Source: an uncultured Caulobacteraceae bacterium (GTDB lineage: Bacteria; Pseudomonadota; Alphaproteobacteria; Caulobacterales; Caulobacteraceae). Taken from it: a stretch of DNA of 64,000 bases. The stretch covers positions 32,601-96,600 of the forward strand of contig CAXSDV010000003.1 of the NCBI GenBank assembly GCA_964235945.1, written 5' to 3'. The notes beneath the pieces are model-generated. The model was not told the origin of the DNA. It saw only the letters and a program-made list of their open reading frames with translations, and did no database searches. Shown one piece after another: positions 44,637-55,496 of the stretch. The stretch's first letter is position 1; every line of letters begins with the position of its first letter. The position numbers and the translations under genes are program-made.

Positions 44637-45731
44637 TCAGGTCAGGGCGGGCCGGAGGGCGGGGGCGCCCTCCAGCAGGGCGAGGAGTTCGTCGGCGCGG
44701 TGGGCGCTCGTGTGGCGCGCCAGCACCTTGGCGCGGGCGGCCTCGGCCACGGCGAGGAGCCGCTCGGGCGCAAGGTCCAGGGCGGCGGCCGCGTCGTCGG
44801 GCCCGTCGGCCAGCAGCACCTCCTCGCCGGGGGTGAAGAAGTCGCTCAGGCCGTCCCAGGCGTCCGACAGGAGCGGGGCCCCGCACAGCGCGGCCTCGAA
44901 CATGCGGCCGGACGGGCACCAGCCCATGGCCGCCATGTCCGCCCGCGTCACGTTCAGCGTCAAGCGCGACGAGGAATAGAAGGCGGCGTGCTCGGGCGGC
45001 GGCAGGTGGCGCACGAAGAAGGTGTTGCCCGTCCACGGGAAGTCGGCCGGATAGCCCGAGCCCGCCAGCACGAATTTGAGGTCGGCCCGGCGGCGGGCGG
45101 GCTCCACGAACAGCGCCTCCACCCCCGCCTGACGGTCGGCGGCGTAGGTGCCGATGTAGCTGAGGTCGCAGCGGAAGCGCGGGTCGGGCGCCGCCGGACG
45201 GTGGGCGGCGGGATCCGCGTGGCCGTAGAGCGGCGCGCACCGGCGCGCGCCCAGCCGCTCGCGCAAGGCGTCCAGCGCGCGCCCGCCCGTATAGCTCAGC
45301 ACGAGGTCGAAGCCGCCCAGCCCCTGCGCCGGCAGGTAGTCGGGCCGCGCGCCCTGCGCCAGGCGCGCCAGGGTGACGGGGGTGTCCATGTCGTAGAACA
45401 CCGCCCGCGCGGGGGAGTCGAGCAGGAGGTCGCTCGCCGCCTGGGCGTCCGGCTGGTAGCTCGTGACCAGGCCCGCGTCCGCGTCGCGCAGCTCGCGCCG
45501 GGCGCGGGGCAGGACGTCGGCCCAGTCGCGGTAGAGCACGAGTTCGGCGTCCCGGCCCAACTCGGACAGGTCGTGCAGGTCGCGGTGGTCGGCGTAGAAC
45601 GACTGGTCGCGCTCGAAGAACACCACGCGCACGCCCCGGGCGGCCAGGGCCCGCACCAGGCCGCGCCACAGGGTGGCGTGCCCGTTGCCCCAGGAGGACG
45701 ACACCGTCAGGCCGAACACGACCAGCTTCAA
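44637..45731 (-). CDS. CgeB-type glycosyltransferase family protein, paralog 4
   Basis: Part of ORF 44637..46508. TTG 45731 (or GTG 45740) gives (M)KLVVFGLTVSSSWGNGHATLWRGLVRALAARG, DLSYIGTYAADR, SGRMFEAALCGAPLLSD. Closest to paralog 3. Confidence 0.7.
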   Translation of the reverse strand: MKLVVFGLTVSSSWGNGHATLWRGLVRALAARGVRVVFFERDQSFYADHRDLHDLSELGRDAELVLYRDWADVLPRARRELRDADAGLVTSYQPDAQAASDLLLDSPARAVFYDMDTPVTLARLAQGARPDYLPAQGLGGFDLVLSYTGGRALDALRERLGARRCAPLYGHADPAAHRPAAPDPRFRCDLSYIGTYAADRQAGVEALFVEPARRRADLKFVLAGSGYPADFPWTGNTFFVRHLPPPEHAAFYSSSRLTLNVTRADMAAMGWCPSGRMFEAALCGAPLLSDAWDGLSDFFTPGEEVLLADGPDDAAAALDLAPERLLAVAEAARAKVLARHTSAHRADELLALLEGAPALRPALT

Positions 45732-45763
45732 CCCGCCCACCCCCGCTCCGGCACGTCCGTCAC

Positions 45764-45789
45764 AACGTGAGTACGTGCGTCGTTGTTCC
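45764..45789 (-). promoter_or_regulatory. Consensus EcfG-type general-stress promoter (GGAAC-N17-CGTT) upstream of the CgeB4-MT-PIG-L-GT4-GNAT operon
   Basis: The reverse strand reads GGAAC aacgacgcacgtactca CGTT, a perfect consensus, in the 83-nt gap 24-33 nt upstream of the candidate start codons. Confidence 0.65.
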
Positions 45790-45814
45790 TGCCGAGCTTG
45801 GGCGCCGCCGCGCC

Positions 45815-46840
45815 TCAGGCGGACGCGGGTTCGCGGACGGCCGCGGCGTCCTCGTCCTCGCCGCGCCGGCGGGCGTAGCGCCGCGCCAGGACGGAGCAGG
45901 CCATCAGCTGGAGCTGGTGGAACAGCATCAGCGGCACGATCAGCACGCCCACGCTCGCCGCCGGGAACAGCACGTTGGCCATGGGAACGCCGGTGGCCAG
46001 GCTTTTCTTGGAGCCGCAGAACACCAGGGTGATCTCCTCCGGCCGGCTGAAGCCCAGGGCCCGGCCCGCCAGGGTGGTCAGCGTCAGCGCGGCCGCCAGC
46101 ACGCCCGCGTCCAGCACCAGCACGGTCGCGAGGTCGCGCACGCCCAGGCGCGCCCACAGCCCTTCGACCACCGCGGCGGAGAAGGCGGCGTAGACCACCA
46201 GCAGGATCGAGCCCCGGTCCACCAGGTTCACCAGCGCCTTGCGCCGGTCGAGCCAGCGGGCGGTGAGCGGGCGCGACAGGTGGCCGATCACGAAGGGCAG
46301 GAGCAGTTGGAGCAGGATCTCCTCCACCGCGCGCGGGGACGCGCCGTGGTTCGTCCCCTTCGCGTGCATGAGCAGCCCCGCCAGCAGCGGGGTGGCGAAC
46401 ACCCCGATCAGGTTGGAGAAGGAGGCGCTGCACACGGCCGCCGGCACGTCTCCCCCCGCCACGGAGGTGAAGGCGATGGACGACTGGACCGTCGAGGGCA
46501 GCAGGCACAGGTAGAGCACCCCGGTGGTCAGCGCGGGCGGGGCCAGCCCCGCCGGCAGCAGCCGCACCAGCAGGCCCAGCACCGGGAACAGGCCGAAGGT
46601 GGAGGCGAACACCGCCAGGTGCAGCCGCCAGTTGCCCAGTCCCGCGGCGATCGCCCCCCGTGACAGCTTGGCTCCGTGCAGGAAGAACAGCAGCACGATG
46701 GCCGCGGTGACCAGCGCCTGGAACGCCCGCGCCGCCTCGTCGCGCACGGGCGCCAGCGTGGCCAGCGCCACCATGGCCAGGATGGCGAGGCCGAAGCCGT
46801 CGGGCCGGAACCGGCCGAGGAGGGAAGGGCGCGGGCTCAC
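45815..46840 (-). CDS. Bile acid:sodium symporter (BASS) family transporter, YfeH-like
   Basis: Part of ORF 45815..46954; GTG 46840 is the suggested start. About 9 TM segments. FFLHGAKLS, LPSTVQSSIAFTS and CGSKKSLATG are typical of the family. Confidence 0.8.
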   Translation of the reverse strand: MSPRPSLLGRFRPDGFGLAILAMVALATLAPVRDEAARAFQALVTAAIVLLFFLHGAKLSRGAIAAGLGNWRLHLAVFASTFGLFPVLGLLVRLLPAGLAPPALTTGVLYLCLLPSTVQSSIAFTSVAGGDVPAAVCSASFSNLIGVFATPLLAGLLMHAKGTNHGASPRAVEEILLQLLLPFVIGHLSRPLTARWLDRRKALVNLVDRGSILLVVYAAFSAAVVEGLWARLGVRDLATVLVLDAGVLAAALTLTTLAGRALGFSRPEEITLVFCGSKKSLATGVPMANVLFPAASVGVLIVPLMLFHQLQLMACSVLARRYARRRGEDEDAAAVREPASA

Positions 46841-46952
46841 CCCGGCGCGATAGCCCCCGTGGCCGGCGCGCGCCAGCGATAACCCCGGTCCACGGAGCCG
46901 CCCGGCCGCGGCGGGGGCGCTATGGCCCGGGGCGCATGGTAGCCTGGGGCGC

Positions 46953-47717
46953 ATGATCCGCCTCCACGTGTCCCACCCCTTGCACGCCGACGCGCCCGTG
47001 CCCGTCCAGGAGGCGCAGGCGCGCTACCTGTTCGGCGTCATGCGGCTGGCGGCGGGCGACGCCCTGCGCGTGTTCAACGGGACGGACGGCGAGTGGCGCG
47101 CCCAGGTGGGCGAGGTCGGCAAGCGCGGCGGCTTGCTGCGCGCGGTGGAGCGGCTCAAGCCGCAAGCCTCCCCGCCGGACCTCGAGCTGGTGGCGGCGCT
47201 GGTCAAGCGCGCCCCGCTGGAGACGATCGTGGCCAAGGCGGCCGAGCTCGGCGCGCGCCGCGTGCGCCTGGTCACGACCCGCCGCACCAACGCCGACCAC
47301 GTCCGCGTCGAGCGCCTGCGCGCCATCGCCGTGGAGGCCGCCGAGCAGACCGGTCGCCTGGACGTGCCGCAGATCGTGGAGCCCGAGCGGCTGGACCGCG
47401 TGCTGGACGCCTGGGAGCCCGGCCGGGCGCTGATGTACTGCGACGAGGCGGGGGACGACCCGGCGGCCGAGTGGGGCGGGACGCGCGGGCGCGCCGGCCC
47501 GGCGCTGGAGCGGCTGCGCGCCGCCCCGCCCGCCGCCGCCTGGGCGGTGCTGGTGGGGCCGGAGGGCGGCTTCGCGCCGGAGGAGCGCGCGCGCATCCGG
47601 GAACTCTCCTACGCCACGGCCGTAAGCCTCGGTCCGCGCATACTGAGGGCGGACACCGCGGCCGTGGCCGCCCTCACCCTCTGGCAGGCGGCGCTGGGCG
47701 ACTGGCGCGCCGATTGA
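46953..47717 (+). CDS. rsmE: 16S rRNA (uracil1498-N3)-methyltransferase
   Basis: 254 aa. Y...VMRL..GD.LRVFNG.DGEW, KR..LE.IV.KA.ELG, AVEAAEQ.GR, GPEGGF...E and LGPRILRA.TAA are RsmE motifs. Confidence 0.88.
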   Translation: MIRLHVSHPLHADAPVPVQEAQARYLFGVMRLAAGDALRVFNGTDGEWRAQVGEVGKRGGLLRAVERLKPQASPPDLELVAALVKRAPLETIVAKAAELGARRVRLVTTRRTNADHVRVERLRAIAVEAAEQTGRLDVPQIVEPERLDRVLDAWEPGRALMYCDEAGDDPAAEWGGTRGRAGPALERLRAAPPAAAWAVLVGPEGGFAPEERARIRELSYATAVSLGPRILRADTAAVAALTLWQAALGDWRAD

Positions 47718-47740
47718 CCCCGCCCTCCCGCGAGCCCGCC

Positions 47741-48415
47741 GTGCCCGATCTCGAGACCCGCGCCGAAACGCCGCCCGCCGCCGGCCAGCCGCCCCCGTCC
47801 GAGCAACTGCGCGGCAACGAGGGCCAGCCCGGCACCTCGCGGCTGGAGTCGTTCTCCGACAACGTGATCGGCGTGATCCTCACCATCATGATCTTCACCA
47901 TCCAGCCCCAGGGCGTAGACGCGCTCGACCACGGCTGGCGCACCTTCCTGAAGGGCGAGGCCCCGAAGTTCGCCAGCTTCGTGGTCAGCTTCGTCACCAT
48001 CGCCATCCTGTGGATCAACCACCACCAGGTGCTGCCCACCGCGCCCAAGTCGACGCCGCGGCTGATGTGGTGGAACATGAACCTGCTGTTCTGGATGTGC
48101 CTGATCCCCATCGGCACCTACCTCTTGGGCGAACATCCGCTGAGGCCTTTCCCCATCGCGCTCTACGCGGCCATCCAGTTCGCCGTGTCCGTCAGCTTCG
48201 CCCTGCTGCGCAACTACGTGAGCTGCCTGCGACCGGACCTGAAGACCCACCACACCCGCCTCATGCAGCGCAGCCTGGTCGGCGCGGGGCTGAACCTCGT
48301 CGCGGTGGGGCTGGCCTTCGCGGCGCCCTGGGCGGCGCTGCTGCTGCTGCTGATCCCGCCGGTGATGTTCTTCCTGCCCCACCCCCTGCCGCCCGGCGCG
48401 GTGGTGGACGGCTGA
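47741..48415 (+). CDS. TMEM175 / DUF1211 family potassium-channel-like membrane protein
   Basis: Part of ORF 47093..48415, starting at GTG 47741. SRLESFSDNVIGVILTIMI (the family RxxxFSD motif), 6 TM segments, WINHH. Confidence 0.75.
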   Translation: MPDLETRAETPPAAGQPPPSEQLRGNEGQPGTSRLESFSDNVIGVILTIMIFTIQPQGVDALDHGWRTFLKGEAPKFASFVVSFVTIAILWINHHQVLPTAPKSTPRLMWWNMNLLFWMCLIPIGTYLLGEHPLRPFPIALYAAIQFAVSVSFALLRNYVSCLRPDLKTHHTRLMQRSLVGAGLNLVAVGLAFAAPWAALLLLLIPPVMFFLPHPLPPGAVVDG

Positions 48416-48460
48416 GCCGCCGCAGCCCGCCCTCACTTGAGCGTTTCCGAAGGCTCGCCT

Positions 48461-48520
48461 ATGTGGCCGAACGCCGAATGCGGCGGAACGCGGGCGCGCC
48501 GACGGCCCCTCAGGACTTGA
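48461..48520 (+). other. Candidate 19-codon upstream ORF (leader peptide) before gshA
   Basis: ATG 48461 is preceded by GAAGG at 7-nt spacing. It encodes MWPNAECGGTRARRRPLRT and stops 7 nt before the gshA ATG, which itself has no visible SD. Purely sequence-based and unverified. Confidence 0.25.
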
Positions 48521-48527
48521 CCTCCCC

Positions 48528-49928
48528 ATGGCCGACCATTCGGGCGACCTCGTCGACTCCGCGCCTCCCGTGCTGACCCGCGAGGACCTGCTGCAGGTCT
48601 TCCGCTCCGGCGAGAAGCCCGCGGACGCCTGGCGCATGGGCTCCGAGCACGAGAAGCTCGTGTTCCGCCGGGGCGACCTGTCGCGGCCCGCCTACGCCGG
48701 CCCGGACGGGATCGAGGCGCTGCTGAGCGGGCTGCGCCGGTTCGGCTGGGCCCCGGTGGAGGAGCCGGGCGCGCACGGCCCCGTGCTGATCGGCCTGACC
48801 CGCGACGGTCCTTCGGGCCTGGAGAACGTGAGCCTGGAGCCCGGCGGCCAGTTCGAGCTCTCGGGCGCGCCCCTGGCCGACGTCCACCAGGTCGCCGCCG
48901 AAACGCGCCGCCACCTGGAGGAGGTGCGCGAGGTCGGCGACGCGCTGGACCTGGGCGTCCTGGGCCTGGGCCACGACCCGCTGCACACCCGCGCCCAGGT
49001 GCCGGTCATGCCCAAGGGCCGCTACGCCATCATGCGCGCCTACATGCCCAAGGTGGGCGCCCTGGGCCTCGACATGATGCTGCGCACCTGCACGGTGCAG
49101 ACCAACCTCGACTTCGCCGACGAGGCGGACATGGTCGCCAAGTTCCGCACCAGCCTGGCGCTGCAGCCGGTGGCCACCGCCCTGTTCGCCAACTCGCCCT
49201 TCGTGGAGGGGCGGCCCACCGGCTGGCTGTCCAGCCGCGCGCGGGTGTGGACGGACACGGACGCCGACCGCACGGGCCTCCTGGACTTCGTGTTCCAGGA
49301 GGGCTTCGGCTACGCCGCCTACGCCGACTACGCCCTGGACGTGCCCATGTATTTCGTGCGGCGCGACGGCCGCTACCTCGACTTGGCGGGCCGCTCCTTC
49401 CGCGCCTTCCAGAAGGGCGAGCTGGCCGAACTGCCCGGCGAGCGCCCGACGGCCAAGGACTGGGCCGACCACCTGACCACCGCCTTCCCCGAGGTGCGGC
49501 TCAAGGGTTATCTCGAAATGCGCGGGGCGGACGCGGGCTCCGAGCCCATGCTGAACGCCCTGTCGGCCCTGTGGGCGGGGGTGCTGTACGACGCGGACGC
49601 CCTGGCCGCGGCCTGGGAGCTGGCCCGCGGCTGGAGCCGGGCGGACCGCGAAGCGCTGCGGGTGGACGCCGCGCGCCTGGGCCTGAAGGCGCAGGTGGCG
49701 GGCCGTTCGCTCCAGGACGTGGCGCAGGACATGGTCGCCCTGGCCCGGGAAGGCCTCGCGCGCCGGGCGCGGCCGGGCGGCGGCCTCGCGGACGAAACGC
49801 CCCACCTCGCCCCGCTGGAGGAGATCGCCGCCACCGGCTTCACCCAGGCCGACCGCCTGCTCGACCTCTATCACGGCCCCTGGGAGGGCGACGTGCGCCA
49901 CGCCTACACGGAGCTGGCCTACCGCTAG
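48528..49928 (+). CDS. gshA: Glutamate--cysteine ligase (plant/alphaproteobacterial type)
   Basis: 466 aa. GSEHEKL.F, LEPGGQFELSG, MPKGRY.IMR.YMP, TCTVQTNLDF and MRGAD are collinear with GCS2-type gamma-glutamylcysteine synthetases. Confidence 0.9.
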   Translation: MADHSGDLVDSAPPVLTREDLLQVFRSGEKPADAWRMGSEHEKLVFRRGDLSRPAYAGPDGIEALLSGLRRFGWAPVEEPGAHGPVLIGLTRDGPSGLENVSLEPGGQFELSGAPLADVHQVAAETRRHLEEVREVGDALDLGVLGLGHDPLHTRAQVPVMPKGRYAIMRAYMPKVGALGLDMMLRTCTVQTNLDFADEADMVAKFRTSLALQPVATALFANSPFVEGRPTGWLSSRARVWTDTDADRTGLLDFVFQEGFGYAAYADYALDVPMYFVRRDGRYLDLAGRSFRAFQKGELAELPGERPTAKDWADHLTTAFPEVRLKGYLEMRGADAGSEPMLNALSALWAGVLYDADALAAAWELARGWSRADREALRVDAARLGLKAQVAGRSLQDVAQDMVALAREGLARRARPGGGLADETPHLAPLEEIAATGFTQADRLLDLYHGPWEGDVRHAYTELAYR

Positions 49929-50003
49929 CGGCCGCCGCCGCGCACCGTCGGAGCCCGGGGCCCGCTCGGGAGTTCCGCCCGGGCCAATGCTCGGGAGCCC
50001 TAC

Positions 50004-50603
50004 ATGGCCAAGCTTCTCGTCCTCTACTACTCCAGCTACGGGCACATCGAGACCATGGCCGGGGCCCTGGCCGCGGGCGCCCGGGAGGCGGGAGTCGAAA
50101 CGGACGTGAAGCGCGTGCCGGAGACGGCGCCGCCCGAGGTGGTGCGCGACGCCCACTTCAAGGTCGACCAGCCGGCGCCGGTCGCGTCCGTGGACGACCT
50201 GACCGGCTACGACGCCATCGTGATCGGCTGCGGCACGCGCTACGGCCGCATGGCCTCGCAGATGGCGGCCTTCTGGGACGCGACCGGTCCCTTGTGGCAG
50301 CAGGGCGCGCTGGTGGGAAAAGTGGGGTCGGCCTTCACCTCCACGGCCAGCCAGCACGGCGGCCAGGAGACGACGCTGATGGCCATGCACGTGAGCTTCC
50401 TGCACCTGGGCATGGTGGTGGCGGGCCTGCCCTACACCTTCCCCGGGATGACGGGCCTGGACGAGGTGTCGGGCGGCACGCCGTACGGCGCCTCCACCCT
50501 GGCGGGCGGCAAGGGCGAGCGCCGGCCGTCGGACAACGAGCTGGCGGGCGCCCGCTTCCAGGGCCGCACCGTGGCGGAGCTCGCCCGCAAGCTCCACGGC
50601 TAG
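50004..50603 (+). CDS. wrbA: NAD(P)H:quinone oxidoreductase, WrbA type
   Basis: 199 aa. [46 protein letters not shown]. Confidence 0.92.
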   Translation: MAKLLVLYYSSYGHIETMAGALAAGAREAGVETDVKRVPETAPPEVVRDAHFKVDQPAPVASVDDLTGYDAIVIGCGTRYGRMASQMAAFWDATGPLWQQGALVGKVGSAFTSTASQHGGQETTLMAMHVSFLHLGMVVAGLPYTFPGMTGLDEVSGGTPYGASTLAGGKGERRPSDNELAGARFQGRTVAELARKLHG

Positions 50604-51616
50604 GGCGGCGGCGGCGGGAAGCCCCGCACCCGCAGCAGGGCGTCCAGCGCCGCCTCGTCCTCGAACCGCACGGCCACCGGCCAGGAGGCCACGCGGTCGC
50701 GCCAGGCGGGGGGCAGGCGCGCCCGGTCCTTTTCGGTGGTGAGGAGGCCCGCCCGCTCCCGCGCCGCCCGCGCCGCCAGGGCCGCGAGGTCGCGCTCGCG
50801 GTAGGGGGCGTGGTCGGGGAAGGACGCGAAGCCGACGAGGTCGCAGCCCGCCTCGCGCAGGGCGCGTTCCACCTTCCAGGGCTTGCCCACCCCCGCGAAC
50901 CCCAGTTGCGGCCCGGCGGGCGGCGGGGCGGCGGCCTCCAGTCGGGCCACCAGCACGGGCAGGGGGGCGAGGAGGGCGAGCAGCGCCGGGTCGACGGCCC
51001 CCAGCCCCGGCGGCAGCAGCACCACCGCCGCGTCCGCCCGGTGCAGGCCCGCCGCCAGCGGTTCGCGCAGGGGGCCGGCGGGGAAGACGGCGCCGTCGCC
51101 GAAGGGCCGCTCGCCCTCGCGCGTTTCGCCGTCCACCACCAGGAGGCTCAGCGCCTTGAGCACCGCGCCGTTCTGGTGGCCGTCGTCCATCACCACCGCC
51201 CGGGCGCCGGCGGCGGCGGCCGCCCGGGCGCCCGCCAGCCGGTCGCGGCTGATCCAGACGGGGCCGTCCGCCGCCAGCATCAGCGCCTCGTCGCCCACGT
51301 CGGCGGCGGTGTCGCGCGCGGGGTCGACCCGGTGGGGCCCCGCCAGCCGGCCGCCGTGCCCGCGCGACAGGCCGTGCGCCTCCACCCCCGCCGCGCGCAG
51401 CCGGTGCAGGAGGGCGCGGACCACGGGCGTCTTGCCCGTCCCGCCCATCGTCAGGTTGCCCACGCACAGCACGGGAACGCCCGCCGGCTGCGGGACGGTG
51501 CGGGCGAGGCGGCGGGCGGTGGCGGCCGCCCAGACCCGCGAGGCCGGCCGCAGCAGGATGCGGACGGCGGGGGCGTCCTCCGGCCGGTACCACCACCGCG
51601 GGGTGGAGAGCCTCAC
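50600..51616 (-). CDS. lpxK: Tetraacyldisaccharide 4'-kinase
   Basis: Part of ORF 50600..52465, starting at GTG 51616 (GTGA overlap with the waaA stop). P-loop [38 protein letters not shown]. Confidence 0.9.
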   Translation of the reverse strand: MRLSTPRWWYRPEDAPAVRILLRPASRVWAAATARRLARTVPQPAGVPVLCVGNLTMGGTGKTPVVRALLHRLRAAGVEAHGLSRGHGGRLAGPHRVDPARDTAADVGDEALMLAADGPVWISRDRLAGARAAAAAGARAVVMDDGHQNGAVLKALSLLVVDGETREGERPFGDGAVFPAGPLREPLAAGLHRADAAVVLLPPGLGAVDPALLALLAPLPVLVARLEAAAPPPAGPQLGFAGVGKPWKVERALREAGCDLVGFASFPDHAPYRERDLAALAARAARERAGLLTTEKDRARLPPAWRDRVASWPVAVRFEDEAALDALLRVRGFPPPPP

Positions 51617-52872
51617 CTCGCCGCCGGGAGCAGGAGCAGCAGCCGCTCGACCGCCGCGTCCAGCGCTCCGTCGTCCGCCCCGGCGAGTTCGCGCCCCCGC
51701 TCCCCCCGCGCGGCCGCGGCGGCCGGGTCGTCCAGGTCCGCGCGCCAAGCGGCGGCCAGGGTGGCGGCGTCCGCGCAGGGCGCCACGGCCGCGCCCAGGC
51801 GCGCGTACACCTCCCGCCAGTTGTCGCGATGAGGGCCGGCGAGGGCGGGCGTCCCCAGGCGTGCGGGCTCCAGCGGGTTGTGGCCGCCGGGCCCGGGCAG
51901 GAGCGAGCCGGCCACCAGGGCCGTGTCCGCCAGGGCGTACCACAGGCCGAGCTCGCCCAGGGTGTCGGCCACGTGCACGGGCGCGGTCCCCAGGAGGTCG
52001 CCCGCGCTGCGCAGGCCGGCGGCGAGCCCGCGCGCGCGCGCCAATTGCGCCACCGCCCCGCCCCGAGCGGGATGGCGCGGAACCAGCACCAGCACGGCCT
52101 CCGGGTCGGCCAGGGCCGCGTAGGCGTCCAGCGCCAATTCGTCCTCGCCCGGGTGGGTGGAGGCGGCCAGCACCAACTGGCGGCCGCCCAGGCGTCCGCG
52201 TTCGGCGGTCAGGGCCGCGGCGTCCACCGGCGGGGGGGCGCCCGCGAGCTTGAGGTTGAGCCGGCCGTCGTCGCGCGCGCCCAGGCGGGCCAGCGCCCCG
52301 GCCGCCGCGTCGTCCTGGGCGAGCACCAGGTCGAAGGCGGACAGCAGCCGGCGCGCCGCGGCGGGGGCCCGCCCCCAGCCGCGCAGGCTGGCGGGCGACA
52401 AGCGCGCGGACAGCAGCGCCAGTCGCGCCCCCGCCCCCCGCGCCGCCAGGACGCGGTTGGGCCAAAGCTCGCTTTCGGCGAAGACGGCCAGGTCCGGCCG
52501 CCAGTGACGCAGGAAGCGGCGGAGCGCCCGGGGCCCGTCCACCGGGGCGTACTGGTGGAGGAAGCGGCCCTGCGTCCGCGCCGCCAGCACCGCGGCGGAG
52601 GTGGGCGTGCCCGTGGTGAGCAGGAGGCGCAGGTCCGGCCGGCGCGCGTTCAGCGCCTGCGCCAGGGGCAGGAGCGACAGGCCCTCGCCCACGCTGGCCC
52701 CGTGCAGCCAGGCGAGCGGGCCGGGCGGGCGGGGGCGGGAGGCGACGCCCAGCCGCTCGGGCAGGCGCGCGGCCTCCTCCTTGCCGGCGCGGGCGCGGCG
52801 GCGCAGCAGCAGGGGCGCCGCCGGCTCCAGCATCGCGGTGGCCGCCCGGTAGGCCAGCAGCGCGGGGGTCAT
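51613..52872 (-). CDS. waaA: 3-deoxy-D-manno-octulosonic acid transferase
   Basis: Part of ORF 51613..53436, starting at ATG 52872 (ATGA overlap). WLHGASVGE, P.D....RFL.HWRPDLAVF.ESELWPN, GGHNPLEPA. Confidence 0.9.
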   Translation of the reverse strand: MTPALLAYRAATAMLEPAAPLLLRRRARAGKEEAARLPERLGVASRPRPPGPLAWLHGASVGEGLSLLPLAQALNARRPDLRLLLTTGTPTSAAVLAARTQGRFLHQYAPVDGPRALRRFLRHWRPDLAVFAESELWPNRVLAARGAGARLALLSARLSPASLRGWGRAPAAARRLLSAFDLVLAQDDAAAGALARLGARDDGRLNLKLAGAPPPVDAAALTAERGRLGGRQLVLAASTHPGEDELALDAYAALADPEAVLVLVPRHPARGGAVAQLARARGLAAGLRSAGDLLGTAPVHVADTLGELGLWYALADTALVAGSLLPGPGGHNPLEPARLGTPALAGPHRDNWREVYARLGAAVAPCADAATLAAAWRADLDDPAAAAARGERGRELAGADDGALDAAVERLLLLLPAAR

Positions 52873-53557
52873 CCCAGCATGGCCTCCGCGCGCGCGGTGG
52901 CCGCCTCCAGCCGGGCGGCCCAGTCCAGGCGCAGGGCGTCCAGCGTCGCGGCGTCCGCGTCGGCGGGCGCGGTGAAGGGCCCGTCCCAGGCGACGGCGCC
53001 GCGGACGAAGGGCGGGGGCAGCACCGCGCGGTCCCAACTCGAGAGCCGCAGGCACGGCCGCGCGGCCAGGCCCACCAGCAGCACGGGCGCTCCCGACATC
53101 CGCGCCAGGAGGGGCGGGCCGTCCGTCATGGAGCCGGCGGGGCCGCGGGGCCCGTCCGGCGTGATGGCCACGCCGCCGCCGCCGCGGATCCAGCGCAGGA
53201 CGTCGCGGAAGGCGGCGGCCCCGCCCTTGGCCTTGGCGGGATCGCTCTTCTTGGCCGCCGAGCCGCGGATGGCGGGGAAGCCCAGCCGCTCCATGGCGGT
53301 GGCCACGAAGCCGCCGTCCGCCGAGAGGGAGATCAGCGCGCGGGGCTCCTGGGCGCGGCCCAGGGGCCAGCAGGCGGGGGACAGGCCGATGCGCCCGTGC
53401 TGGAAGCAGACGATCACCCCGCCGCCCGCGTCCCACACGCCTTCGGCCCGCTCCAGCCCCTCCTGGCGCCAGCGGATGGTGGACAGGGCGAAGCGCAGGT
53501 AGGCGGCGAACAGGCGCGCCAGCGCCCGCTGCACCCCCGGCCGGCGCAGCCAGCGCT

Positions 53558-53561
<4 letters not shown>
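52869..53561 (-). CDS. Lysophospholipid acyltransferase family protein (DUF374)
   Basis: C-terminal 230 codons of ORF 52869..56822, starting at GTG 53561 (GTGA overlap with the msbA stop). VIVCFQHGRI, ISLSADGGFVA, ITPDGPRGP. Occupies the usual position between msbA and waaA. Confidence 0.8.
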
Positions 53562-55351
<1,790 letters not shown>

Positions 55352-55496
55352 GGGCGCCGGCTTGGGTCCGGCGGGGGGGCGAAGTCAAGTCGCGCGACCG
55401 TGACCGGCGGGGCGGCCGGCATGGGATGATCCGCCGCACCGCGCGTGCTAACAAGCGCGCCGGTCGTTCGGCGGCCGACGTGCGGAGGCGACCCTC

